A DNA stretch of 64,000 nt from an uncultured Roseburia sp. (GTDB lineage: Bacteria > Bacillota > Clostridia > Lachnospirales > Lachnospiraceae), in the NCBI GenBank assembly GCA_947573605.1, contig CANPGM010000016.1, forward strand, positions 2,205-66,204, written 5' to 3'. Under the pieces are notes generated by a model. That model did not search any database. It saw nothing but the letters and a program-made list of their open reading frames with translations, and was not told the origin of the DNA. Both the position numbers and the translations under genes were made by a program. This document shows, piece by piece, positions 38,585 to 48,114 of this stretch (position 1 is its first letter; each line of letters begins with the position of its first letter).

Positions 38585-39064
38585 TTAGCTTATAGAAGGA
38601 TTTTTAAGTAAATCCATAATCATATCATAGGATAAAGACGAAGTGTCAACAAACCGTCCGCTTCCGTCTTTTGAAATTATGACGGTGCCATTCGTTCCCA
38701 CATATGCAGCCGAATCATCGTCAGGATACTGAATGATTCCCGTCATTTCAGCAAACTTTTTCAGCCACGGCTCTCCCTGTTCCTGACACATCTTCTTAAA
38801 CTTCACTGCATCTTCGCCAATCATATAGGGATGCTTTCCGTCTCTGACGTACCATGAGCAACCTGTTTTGGCATCTGTATATTTCGGGTCTTCTGACGCC
38901 CATTCTTCTAATCGCTTTCCTCCGTACCAGGTCTGCAGTCCCGTTTGTTCCTGCGGCGCAGTATCCTGATTTTGCGGACAGAGCTGCCCCGCCCTGTTTT
39001 TATTGCACGGATATGCCGATATGCTGTTGTAATAATAATTCATTCCGATTCCTGTGATCCCCAT
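38585..39064 (-). CDS. Uncharacterised protein
   Basis: 159-aa ORF with GGAGG-type RBS; MGITGIG N-terminus. Confidence 0.65.
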   Translation of the reverse strand: MGITGIGMNYYYNSISAYPCNKNRAGQLCPQNQDTAPQEQTGLQTWYGGKRLEEWASEDPKYTDAKTGCSWYVRDGKHPYMIGEDAVKFKKMCQEQGEPWLKKFAEMTGIIQYPDDDSAAYVGTNGTVIISKDGSGRFVDTSSLSYDMIMDLLKNPSIS

Positions 39065-39182
39065 TTTCCTCTTGTTCCTCCTGTAAATCTTTATCTTTAA
39101 TTATAATACGATTCAGGAATTTGATTGGTTGCAAATTTACTGTTTTTATTTTCAGGGCAAGCGTTAATTTTATTATAACAAA

Positions 39183-39894
39183 CAGAATCCGGTAAATTCA
39201 TTGATGTTTTTAGTAAAAAAGGGAAAAGCATGTTCAGATAAGTGTGAGTTCTTCTGGGAAACGTATTATAATCATAAAATAAAAGAATTGTAAGACAAGA
39301 TAAATTTACTAACAGGGAAAAAAGATGAAAGAAGGCGGTCTTTTGAACGAAAAATTTACTGTATTGCCCCTTATACCAGATCCGGAAGTTCTTGCCGAAC
39401 AAAGCGATTATACGTTAAGGCAGTTATTTCATAAAAAAATAAGAGGACATTAAAAGCGTATCTGCCAAAACCAAAGACAAAAGTCTGCTTATCTTCATTA
39501 CGGCTGGGTAGACGAGATTGACGGATATCATAAAATAGCAAAACAGTCTCCCTATTCGGTTTCCGGTATTATAACTTTTCTTAAATACAAGTATACAGAT
39601 AAAATTCCAGAATTAAATCTGCTTGAATGGTTTTATAAATCATGTCATGCATATACGCACGGCAGTATCCAAATTGCAAAATATCCGGTACTGCATTACT
39701 TTGAAATTTCAATGATGCTTTATTACATCATTCGCGGCACATTTTTTCTGTTATGTAAAGAATGCAAGATTGAACCTGCAATAAACGGAATTAATATGAT
39801 TTCTGTCATTGACAGAGATTTTAAGATATTAAAAGAACAGTATGACATTCGTTCTACCGAAAAATTTGATGAATATTATCATACTAACTCATAA
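39183..39894 (+). pseudogene. Decayed AT-rich gene (possibly DUF5677/HEPN-like)
   Basis: Start-less open frame 39454-39894 (..SAYLHYGWVDE..FYKSCHAYTHGS..) preceded by fragments with stops and frameshifts. Confidence 0.45.
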
Positions 39895-40016
39895 TACAAT
39901 CAAGTTTCAAACTTACTATTACGGAAAGCCGTTGTCGAAACGCATATTTATAAAGGCAGGAATACATTGTCAGAGATTTCTGTCCTCCGTTATGCCACGA
40001 ATTATGTAATGTTTTT

Positions 40017-40053
40017 AACAGGCTGCACGGATCTTTTATCCGTGCGGCCTGTT
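40017..40053. terminator. Hairpin downstream of the Gfo/Idh/MocA gene
   Basis: AACAGGCTGCACGGAT-CTTTT-ATCCGTGCGGCCTGTT. Confidence 0.6.
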
Positions 40054-40061
40054 TACCTCCA

Positions 40062-41216
40062 TCATTTTACGTTACTTTCCGCGACAGCCTCCGCAAGCCG
40101 GCGCTCGAACGCTTCCTCAAACTCCCGCTCTTCCCTGCTTCCTTCTACCGGTATCGTCACCATCCGTTTTTCCCAGGAGGAAAGATAAATAGCGTTGGAA
40201 AGGAAAAGGCTAAGAATCCCTTCTTTTCCGTCTACAATCAACGATTCTCCTTTCAATACCGCATCGGAGAAATTCTGCAGAATTCCCAGCTGCTGCGGGT
40301 TTTCTCCGCCGCAGTCGATTGTATGCCATTCGCCGTTTAATTTCTTAAAACATTCCGTCGCAGTTCTTCGGTAATCCGGCTCATGGAACCCCAGTTCACA
40401 GACCTTAAGCGCTCCCTTATCACAGACAAGCAGGGCGTCCTCCAGCGAAATCTCCAGCCGATTAATACCCGGAGCTTCCCCAGTCGATGCAAAAAACACG
40501 CCGGTAGCGCCTCCGTCAAACTCCAGATATGCCGTAACTTCGTCTTCTACCTCAATCTCATGATATTTTCCGTTGTGGCAAAAAGCCTGCACGCGTTTCG
40601 GCATACCGCAAATCCATTGCAGCAAATCCAGATTATGTGGACACTGGTTTAAAAGCGTTCCGCCGCCGTCTCCCTTCCAGGTGGCGCGCCAGCTTCCCGA
40701 TTTGTAATAAAAATCCGGCCGATACCAGTCCGTCACGACCCAGTTCACTCGTTTGACCGCTCCATAACGACCGCTTTCCACCAGTTCTTTCATTTTACGG
40801 TAAACAGCATTGGTACGCTGATGAAAGATCATGGAATATACAAGCTTCTCTTCTGACGCAGCCTCATTGATTTCCCGCGCCTGCCTGCTGTATACGCCCG
40901 CCGGTTTGTCGCAAAGCACATGAAGACCCAGTTTTAGCGCCATAACAGCCTGATCTCTGTGCGCGTAATGCGGCGTAGCAATCATAACGGCATCCAGTTC
41001 TAACTCTTTTTGTCTTACCGCCTCATATAAATCCTCTGCAGAAGGATATACCGGAAGCTCAGGCGGCAGCACCTGATTCAGCCGCTCCCTTACCTCGTTT
41101 CTCATTCTTGTTACCGCAGCAAGCCTAAGCCCTTCCACTTTTCCCCCGGCAATCATTTCCGCATACTGCGATCCCATATTCCCCATACCGATCACTGCAA
41201 CCTTCATCTTATCCAT
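40062..41216 (-). CDS. Gfo/Idh/MocA-family oxidoreductase
   Basis: VAVIGMGNMG, IATPHYAH, LCDKP, GGGTLLNQCPHNLD. Confidence 0.92.
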   Translation of the reverse strand: MDKMKVAVIGMGNMGSQYAEMIAGGKVEGLRLAAVTRMRNEVRERLNQVLPPELPVYPSAEDLYEAVRQKELELDAVMIATPHYAHRDQAVMALKLGLHVLCDKPAGVYSRQAREINEAASEEKLVYSMIFHQRTNAVYRKMKELVESGRYGAVKRVNWVVTDWYRPDFYYKSGSWRATWKGDGGGTLLNQCPHNLDLLQWICGMPKRVQAFCHNGKYHEIEVEDEVTAYLEFDGGATGVFFASTGEAPGINRLEISLEDALLVCDKGALKVCELGFHEPDYRRTATECFKKLNGEWHTIDCGGENPQQLGILQNFSDAVLKGESLIVDGKEGILSLFLSNAIYLSSWEKRMVTIPVEGSREEREFEEAFERRLAEAVAESNVK

Positions 41217-41244
41217 TCCTCTCCTCCATTCGTATTCCTGAAAC

Positions 41245-42027
41245 TCAGCCGAACGCCACGTCCAGCACCATCATTAGTGAAAACCCCACCGCAAACATCA
41301 CGGTTCCTAAATTCGCACAATTCCCCTCCGTTACTTCGGGAATCAATTCCTTAATCACAACATAAAACATCGCTCCTGCGGCAAGCCCCAGCAGATACGG
41401 CAGCGCAGGTACAAAAATCCCCGCAGCGGCAATCGTTAAACACGCTCCGATTGGTTCCACAATCCCGGAAAGAACGCCGCAGACAAACGCTTTTGGCTTT
41501 GACATGCCCTTCGCGCAAAGCGGCATGGAAATAATCGCTCCCTCCGGCAGATTCTGTATTGCAATTCCGACCGACAGCGCAAGCGCGCCGGATAACATAA
41601 TCTGCGAGTTTCCGGAAAGCCACCCGGCATAAACAACGCCGACCGCCATACCTTCCGGTATATTATGCAATACCACCGCCAATACCAGCATTGTAGATTT
41701 TTGAATCCTGCAATTTTTCTCATGCGCCGTCTTCATATTTTCATGCAGATACGGAATCAAATAATCGAAAAGAAGCAATACCGAAATTCCAATCCAAAAT
41801 CCGATCACTGCCGGTAAAAACGACCATCGCCCAAGTTCTTTCGCCTGTTCAAACGCAGGAATCAGCAGACTCCAAATGGACGTCGCAACCATAACCCCGG
41901 CGGCAAAGCCGATTAAAGCGCCCTGCATGGCGGCATTTATTTTCTTCTTTATAAAAAATACACCAAAAGCTCCGATTGCCGTTCCCAAAAACGGTATCAT
42001 TATCCCCTGGAAAACCTTTTCTATCAT
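41245..42027 (-). CDS. ZIP-family (ZupT/GufA) metal transporter
   Basis: GFAAGVM, LHNIPEGMAVG, IAIQNLPEG, SGIVEPIG, GAMFYVV.KELIPE. Confidence 0.92.
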   Translation of the reverse strand: MIEKVFQGIMIPFLGTAIGAFGVFFIKKKINAAMQGALIGFAAGVMVATSIWSLLIPAFEQAKELGRWSFLPAVIGFWIGISVLLLFDYLIPYLHENMKTAHEKNCRIQKSTMLVLAVVLHNIPEGMAVGVVYAGWLSGNSQIMLSGALALSVGIAIQNLPEGAIISMPLCAKGMSKPKAFVCGVLSGIVEPIGACLTIAAAGIFVPALPYLLGLAAGAMFYVVIKELIPEVTEGNCANLGTVMFAVGFSLMMVLDVAFG

Positions 42028-42125
42028 TTAAAAAAATACTGTCTCCGTATGATTTATCTTAAGGTATGCGTGAAACCTTTCGTTGTTTCCTTCGGAGAAA
42101 ATACAAAAAACGTCTTTCTTATTAA

Positions 42126-42677
42126 CTACAATTGCAATGAAAGAAAGTCTTCTTTTGAAAATCTGTGATAGACGGTATGCCCCATTTCCATTTTTATACA
42201 GTAATAATACCGATCGACGGATTCATCGGAAAACGAAAATACATAGTCAAAATCCGCTCCCTCCGGCATCCGTTCACATACATAATCATTGCCGCACGCG
42301 TCAAAAACAGCTTTTATCTGTTCCAGACTGCAATGATGATTTTCCCGGAACAAAGCAATCAGCGCAGCCAAATGCTCAGGCGCTATCACCTGTTCGTTGA
42401 CATAACGCGCTCCCTCCGGCGGAACGCCGATCTCAATCCGTTCGTCTCTCACAGTAAACGACAGCGCTCCCAGCTCTGCGGGGACTGCATACGCTTCTTC
42501 TAAAATCGCTTTCATCTCTTGCGCATTCCGCGCGTTCACGGAAAGGATCGCATTCAAAGAAGAAAGCGGAAAAATAAGTCTTGTCGTCTCTTCTGCATAG
42601 CCAAGCTTTAACTGCGCTTCTTTCATTTGATCCGTAATATTTTTTGTCAGATTGTCTTTCTTCACTCTAACCCCCAT
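42126..42677 (-). CDS. DUF3877-like uncharacterised protein
   Basis: KNITDQMKEAQLKLGY...RLIFPLSSLN, DRYYYC...YHRF motifs (family from recall). Confidence 0.7.
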   Translation of the reverse strand: MGVRVKKDNLTKNITDQMKEAQLKLGYAEETTRLIFPLSSLNAILSVNARNAQEMKAILEEAYAVPAELGALSFTVRDERIEIGVPPEGARYVNEQVIAPEHLAALIALFRENHHCSLEQIKAVFDACGNDYVCERMPEGADFDYVFSFSDESVDRYYYCIKMEMGHTVYHRFSKEDFLSLQL

Positions 42678-42734
42678 GATTTCGCCCTGCACAAGCTCTG
42701 ATCCGTGCAAAAAAGCGGCTCTTCGTGACGAGTG

Positions 42735-42797
42735 CATGCGTCGACGACGCAGTTTCCTATATGGCCAAAAAGGCTCTGTGCAAAAAGCACAAAGCCC
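42735..42797. repeat. REP-like intergenic repeat, copy 1
   Basis: CATGCGTCGACGACGCAGTTTCCTATATG matches 55284-55313 except for one indel; adjacent GGCTCTGTGC-AAAAA-GCACAAAGCC hairpin. Confidence 0.7.
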
Positions 42798-42879
42798 AAG
42801 CTAATTACAACATGTAAATTCACTATAGCATACTATCAGAGAAAAAGAAACCCCCATCCTCCGCCAGTGCGCTTTCCGT

Positions 42880-43014
42880 TCACGAATGACAGCCACGACA
42901 GCGGCTGCAGTCGCCCCCGCAGGACGATTTTCCTTTCTTCTTATCGGAAATCATACTGCGAATCGCCAATCCCACAAGAACTGCTAACGCAATTCCCACA
43001 ATTATTGTTCCCAT
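42880..43014 (-). CDS. FeoB-associated Cys-rich membrane peptide (44 aa; not in ORF track)
   Basis: MGTIIVGIALAVLVGLAIRSMISDKKKGKSSCGGDCSRCRGCHS, 27 bp downstream of feoB, with RBS. Confidence 0.88.
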   Translation of the reverse strand: MGTIIVGIALAVLVGLAIRSMISDKKKGKSSCGGDCSRCRGCHS

Positions 43015-43041
43015 AACACGCCCCTTTCTTTTTTCCATCCA

Positions 43042-45210
43042 TTATTTGGCCTGCGCCGTCATTTTTATTTTTATATTCCGCGATTCTCTTTCCTTATAAG
43101 GACGAAGCAGCAGATATAGAAATCCGATGACAAACAGAAAAGCGATTACGGTTCCGATTCCGAACGTCCCGGTTGTAAGGAATGTTCCAATCTGATATAC
43201 GCACATCGCAACAATATAAGCAAGCGCCGTCTGATAACCGATTGCAAACCAAAACCACTTTGTATTGTTCATCTCACGTTTGATTGCCCCCATCGCCGCA
43301 AAACACGGAGCGCATAAAAGGTTAAATACAAGGAAGGAATAAGCTGCCACGCCGGTCATGGTACCTGCAAGCGCCTGCCATATTTCGACGCCGTCCTCCG
43401 TTACTTCCGCAAACCCAAAAAGGATTCCGAATGTCGTTACTACATTTTCCTTAGCAATCAGGCCCGTTACCGCTGCAACAGCCATTTTCCAGCCGTTTGC
43501 ACCGGCGCCCCATCCAAGCGGAACAAACAACGGTGCAATCACACTGCCGATTACCGCCAATATACTGCTGTTTAGCTGTTCTGCTTCCAACATGGTAAAA
43601 TGTCCGTCCACCCATCCGAAACTCTGTAAAAACCAGAGCACCATTGCTGATAACAGAATAATCGTTCCGGCCTTTTTGATAAAAGACCATCCGCGCTCCC
43701 ACATACTTCTAAACACGTTTCCGACTGTCGGCATATGATAAGCGGGAAGCTCCATTACAAACGGCGCCGGTTCACCTGCAAACATTCGTGTTTTCTTTCC
43801 TATTATCCCGGAACAAATAATCGCCCCGATTCCCAAAAAATAAGCGCTCCATGCCACCCATCCCGCATTATCGAAAAAGGCTCCTGCAATCAGAGCAATA
43901 ATCGGCAGTTTTGCGCCGCATGGTATGAATGTAGTTGTCATAATCGTCATTTTCCGGTCTCTGTCATTCTCAATCGTTCTCGAAGCCATAATGCCCGGTA
44001 CACCGCATCCGCTTCCGATCAGCATCGGAATAAACGATTTTCCGGAAAGACCGAACTTACGAAAAATCCGGTCCATAATAAAGGCGACGCGCGCCATATA
44101 GCCGCAGCTCTCCAAAAATGCAAGAAAAAGGAACAATACGAGCATTTGCGGAACAAAACCCAAAACGGAACCGACGCCGCCTACGATGCCGTCCGAAATA
44201 AGTCCGGTAAGCCAGTCTGCGCAGCCGATTGCTTCAAGGCCGCCTCTTACGCCCGGAACAATCCATTCGCCAAATAACGTATCATTCGTCCATCCGGTAA
44301 GAAGATCTCCGATCGTCGTCACCGATACATAGTAAACCAAAAACATGACAAGCGCAAAAAACGGCAGCGCCAGCCATCGATTTGTAACGACACGGTCAAT
44401 TTTATCGGATACGGTCAGTTTCTCTTTCCTGTTTTTCGTAACGCATTCCCCGATTACGGAAGAAATATAGACATATCTTTCATTGGTAATAATACTTTCG
44501 GTATCGTCGTCAAAACGGTCTTCCAGCTCTTTTATCTCGGAGGATACGTCGGGAACGTTTCCGTGAATCATTTCCGTTATATTATCGTCCCTTTCCAAAA
44601 GCCGGACGGCAAAAAAACGCTTCTGCTCCTCTAAGACCCTGGAAGAAAGCTTCTGCTCCACCGATGCAATCGCAGATTCCACCGTTTCCGCAAACTTATG
44701 ATTCCAAACAGCCGCTTCTTTTTTTCCGGCCAGGGCAACCGCTTTTTCCGCCGCTTTTCTGATTCCGGTACCTTTTAAAGCGGAAATCTCCACAACCTCG
44801 CAGCCCAGTTTTTCAGCCAGCTTATCAATCTGAATCCGATCGCCTCTTTTCTCTAAGACGTCAGTCATATTGACCGCAACAAGAACCGGAATCCCAAGTT
44901 CCATAATCTGCGTTGTCAGATAGAGATTACGCTCGATATTCGTGCCGTCGACAATATTAACGATAACGTCAGGCCGATCGGAGATCAGATAATTTCTGGC
45001 TACGATCTCCTCTAACGTATAAGGAGACAGGGAATAGATCCCCGGCAAATCCATAACGGTTACATCTTGCCATCCCTTTAATTTCCCTTCTTTTTTTTCT
45101 ACCGTAACGCCCGGCCAGTTTCCAACAAACTGGTTGGAACCGGTCAGCGCATTAAATAATGTGGTTTTACCGCAGTTTGGATTTCCTGCTAACGCAATTT
45201 TAACTGACAT
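43042..45210 (-). CDS. feoB: Ferrous iron transporter B
   Basis: GNPNCGKTT, VGNWPGVTV, DLPG G-domain; GCGVP, PFVMELP, LLCAPC. Confidence 0.97.
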   Translation of the reverse strand: MSVKIALAGNPNCGKTTLFNALTGSNQFVGNWPGVTVEKKEGKLKGWQDVTVMDLPGIYSLSPYTLEEIVARNYLISDRPDVIVNIVDGTNIERNLYLTTQIMELGIPVLVAVNMTDVLEKRGDRIQIDKLAEKLGCEVVEISALKGTGIRKAAEKAVALAGKKEAAVWNHKFAETVESAIASVEQKLSSRVLEEQKRFFAVRLLERDDNITEMIHGNVPDVSSEIKELEDRFDDDTESIITNERYVYISSVIGECVTKNRKEKLTVSDKIDRVVTNRWLALPFFALVMFLVYYVSVTTIGDLLTGWTNDTLFGEWIVPGVRGGLEAIGCADWLTGLISDGIVGGVGSVLGFVPQMLVLFLFLAFLESCGYMARVAFIMDRIFRKFGLSGKSFIPMLIGSGCGVPGIMASRTIENDRDRKMTIMTTTFIPCGAKLPIIALIAGAFFDNAGWVAWSAYFLGIGAIICSGIIGKKTRMFAGEPAPFVMELPAYHMPTVGNVFRSMWERGWSFIKKAGTIILLSAMVLWFLQSFGWVDGHFTMLEAEQLNSSILAVIGSVIAPLFVPLGWGAGANGWKMAVAAVTGLIAKENVVTTFGILFGFAEVTEDGVEIWQALAGTMTGVAAYSFLVFNLLCAPCFAAMGAIKREMNNTKWFWFAIGYQTALAYIVAMCVYQIGTFLTTGTFGIGTVIAFLFVIGFLYLLLRPYKERESRNIKIKMTAQAK

Positions 45211-45318
45211 TTTTTCTCCATTTCTGCGCTGCTATTTCACAGAACGAATTTCGGAAGGCAGCGCGCATTCTGCATATAGTTTGTCTTTGCTACTCTCAAT
45301 TTGTTCTTGCTATAATAT

Positions 45319-45345
45319 ATTAGTTTAAACTAACTACAGGTCAAA
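45319..45345 (-). promoter_or_regulatory. Internal feoB promoter with metal-regulator box
   Basis: Palindrome (A)TTAG-TTTAAA-CTAAC overlapping a TTGACC...TAATAT promoter-like sequence in the 141-bp feoA-feoB gap. Confidence 0.55.
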
Positions 45346-45351
45346 AAAAAT

Positions 45352-45573
45352 TTACTCCACTTCAATCATTTCCGCATCGGCTTTTCGAAGCGAAAGCTCG
45401 TATCCGCGAACCGTAATTTCAATCGGGTCGCCAAACGGCGCTGTCTTTCTGACATAAATATCTATACCCTTTGTAATTCCCATGTCCATAATTCTTCTTT
45501 TTACCGGGCCTGTGCCGGACAGTCTTTTGACTGTAACAGTCGCGCCGCAGGCAGTCTCCTTTAATGTTTTCAT
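45352..45573 (-). CDS. feoA: FeoA family protein
   Basis: RRIMDMGITKG...APFGDPIEITVRGYELSLRK. Confidence 0.95.
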   Translation of the reverse strand: MKTLKETACGATVTVKRLSGTGPVKRRIMDMGITKGIDIYVRKTAPFGDPIEITVRGYELSLRKADAEMIEVE

Positions 45574-45597
45574 TACATAAGCTCCTTTTCTCCATTT

Positions 45598-45807
45598 TTA
45601 CACTAAAATTTTGTTTGCCATGTCTTTCCCTATGGCTACGCGGGAGTCCTTTACATTCACAATTAAGTTCCCTCCCGTCTCCGATACGACAGTTACCGTT
45701 CCTCCCGTAACAAATCCAAGATTTTCTAAAAATCTGCGGGTTTCTTCCTTCCCGCCGATTCTTTTAATGATATTCGGCTCTCCTGTACCTGCCATTGATA
45801 ACGGCAT
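45598..45807 (-). CDS. feoA: FeoA family protein (second paralogue)
   Basis: RFLENLGFVTGG...LIVNVKDSRVAIGKDMA. Confidence 0.93.
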   Translation of the reverse strand: MPLSMAGTGEPNIIKRIGGKEETRRFLENLGFVTGGTVTVVSETGGNLIVNVKDSRVAIGKDMANKILV

Positions 45808-45853
45808 TCGCTCATCCTCCTGTCTTCACAATTTAGAATCGTTTCCTTTGTTA

Positions 45854-45885
45854 GTTAGTATACTCTAACCTTCATTAGTTGTCAA
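45854..45885 (-). promoter_or_regulatory. feo promoter with overlapping DtxR-family operator
   Basis: TTGACA-17-TATACT on the minus strand; GTTAG-N6-CTAAC (45854-45869) covers the -10. Confidence 0.75.
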
Positions 45886-46028
45886 TAATTATTTTATTTT
45901 TTTCTTCCGTCGGTTCTGCTTATGAAATATTTGAAAAATCCTCTCCTTCATGTTACAATAAAACACAGAATCAACATAGATATCTCTTTCGTTCGGAACA
46001 TCTGAATCGGACGGGAATGGAGGCTTTT

Positions 46029-46388
46029 ATGACAACAACCGAATCTGCGGAAAATTATTTAGAGACAATCTTAATTCTAAGCAAAAAGCTTCCCGTTGTC
46101 CGTTCGGTAGACATCGCAAACGAACTTGGCTTTAAAAAATCAAGTGTAAGTATAGCCATGAAGAATTTGAGAGAACAACGGCATATTACGGTTACGGACG
46201 CCGGTTTTATTTATCTGACTGACACAGGCAGAGAAATTGCGGAAATGATATATGAACGCCATGAACGGATTTCCTCCTGGCTCATTTCACTTGGCGTACC
46301 GGAGGAAATCGCTACTGAAGACGCATGTAAAATAGAGCATGTCATCAGCAAAGAAAGTTTTGAGGCGATTAAGAAAAACGTGCTTTAA
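46029..46388 (+). CDS. DtxR/MntR-family metal-dependent regulator (short, no SH3 domain)
   Basis: ESAENYLETI...VRSVDIA...SSVS..M; ERHE...EDACKIEHVIS; divergent from feo. Confidence 0.92.
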   Translation: MTTTESAENYLETILILSKKLPVVRSVDIANELGFKKSSVSIAMKNLREQRHITVTDAGFIYLTDTGREIAEMIYERHERISSWLISLGVPEEIATEDACKIEHVISKESFEAIKKNVL

Positions 46389-46522
46389 GTTTCTGTCACC
46401 CGACGCCTTGCAAAAATCTTACAGGAAGTAAAAATGCCAAATCCCGTATCAATAAATGCCGCAGTCATTTCTAATATTTTCTCATACATCTGATTTACCT
46501 CCGAAAGACATGTATAAACGCA

Positions 46523-46552
46523 CAACCGGCGTGACTTACGCCACGCCGGTTG
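46523..46552. terminator. Hairpin downstream of the isomerase gene
   Basis: CAACCGGCGTG-N8-CACGCCGGTTG. Confidence 0.5.
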
Positions 46553-46576
46553 AAAAAAAATTATCTGTTGTCTCAC

Positions 46577-48061
46577 CTATGCAAACGGATTTTCTGTCGG
46601 ATAGGGCAGAGATTTCGGCTGATTGTAGTTAATATCCTCCATCGGAACGCCAAGATATTTAAATACCTCAAACAGCGCTTTTCCATGATGTCCGAACGCA
46701 ACCGCTCCGTGATGCGGATAGTTTTTCTGAATCAGGACATGACGGTAAAATCTGCCCATTTCCGAAATCGCAAATACGCCGATCGCTCCGAAAGAACGCG
46801 TTGCTACCGGAAGTACCTCTCCCTGCGCCACATATGCGCGAATCCGGCTGTCGGAGGTGGACTGCAGACGGAAGAACGTAATATCGCCCGGCGCAATATC
46901 TCCCTCTAACGTTCCGTTTGTTACTTCAACCGGAAGACTTCTTGCCATAATCATCTGGTATTTCATTTCATGACTGCAGAGCTTGCTGGAGCAGGTATTT
47001 CCACAATGGAAGCCCATAAACGTATCGGAATGACTGTAGTCGAATTTTCCTTTAATGGATTCTTCGTACATATCCTTCGGTACGGAGTTATTGATATCAA
47101 GCAGCGTTACGACATCTTCGCTGACACAGGTTCCGATAAATTCGCTTAACGCGCCGTAAATATCAACCTCACAGGAAACCGGGATGCCTCTTCCTGTCAG
47201 ACGGCTGTTGACATAGCACGGTACAAAACCGAACTGCGTCTGGAATGCCGGCCAGCACTTTCCTGCGATTGCAACGTATTTGCGGTATCCCTTATGCGCT
47301 TCTACCCAATCAAGGAGCGTCAGCTCATACTGTGCAAGCTTTGCAAGGATTTCCGGCTTTTTATTGCCCGCGCCAAGCTCTTTTTCCATATCGGCTACGA
47401 CTTCCGGAATTCTTTCGTCTCCGGCATGTTTGTTGAAAGATTCAAATAAATCAAGTTCGGAATTTTCCTCAATTTCAACACCCAGATTATAAAGCTGCTT
47501 AATCGGTGCGTTGCATGCAAGGAAATTCGTCGGTCTCGGACCAAAAGATATAATCTTTAAATCGGAAAGACCGATAATCGTTCTTGCTACCGGCAAAAAC
47601 TCATGAATCATATCCGCGCAGTCAGAAGCGTCTCCGACCGGATATTCGGGAATATATGCGTTTACGTTGCGCAGTCTTAAATTATAACTTGCATTCAGCA
47701 TACCGCAGTACGCGTCGCCGCGTCCCTGAACTAAATTCTCCTGCGTCTCTTCTGCAGCGGCTACAAACATTTTCGGTCCGTCAAAGTGCTTTGCAAGAAG
47801 CGTTTCTGAAATTTCCGGTCCGAAATTTCCAAGATATACGCAAAGTGCATTACATCCGGCTTTTTTAATATCCTCCAAAGCCTGTACCATATGTATCTCG
47901 CTTTCTACAATACATACCGGACATTCGTAAATATCCGCTGCGCCGTATTTATCGGTATATGCCTTCACCAGCGCTTCTCTTCTGTTTACGGATAAAGATT
48001 CCGGGAAACAGTCACGACTTACCGCAACAATACCGACCTTTACCTGTGGAATGTTATTCAT
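46577..48061 (-). CDS. L-fucose-isomerase-family sugar isomerase (XylA-II-like xylose isomerase)
   Basis: KVGIVAVSRDCF, LGNFGPE, RGDAYCG, CEVDIYG, FHCGN, PHHGAV; co-transcribed with xylulokinase. Confidence 0.8.
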   Translation of the reverse strand: MNNIPQVKVGIVAVSRDCFPESLSVNRREALVKAYTDKYGAADIYECPVCIVESEIHMVQALEDIKKAGCNALCVYLGNFGPEISETLLAKHFDGPKMFVAAAEETQENLVQGRGDAYCGMLNASYNLRLRNVNAYIPEYPVGDASDCADMIHEFLPVARTIIGLSDLKIISFGPRPTNFLACNAPIKQLYNLGVEIEENSELDLFESFNKHAGDERIPEVVADMEKELGAGNKKPEILAKLAQYELTLLDWVEAHKGYRKYVAIAGKCWPAFQTQFGFVPCYVNSRLTGRGIPVSCEVDIYGALSEFIGTCVSEDVVTLLDINNSVPKDMYEESIKGKFDYSHSDTFMGFHCGNTCSSKLCSHEMKYQMIMARSLPVEVTNGTLEGDIAPGDITFFRLQSTSDSRIRAYVAQGEVLPVATRSFGAIGVFAISEMGRFYRHVLIQKNYPHHGAVAFGHHGKALFEVFKYLGVPMEDINYNQPKSLPYPTENPFA

Positions 48062-48114
48062 GTTCTCATCCTCCATTTTTTATATTTTACGGAAAATCCG
48101 TTATTGAGACTTTT

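Noticed and set aside
45211-45310. NiCo (czcD) riboswitch in the feoB leader
   Set aside because: Only a single stem and an ACAAAC resemblance; I could not find the four-way junction consensus. Kept only as a structured leader.
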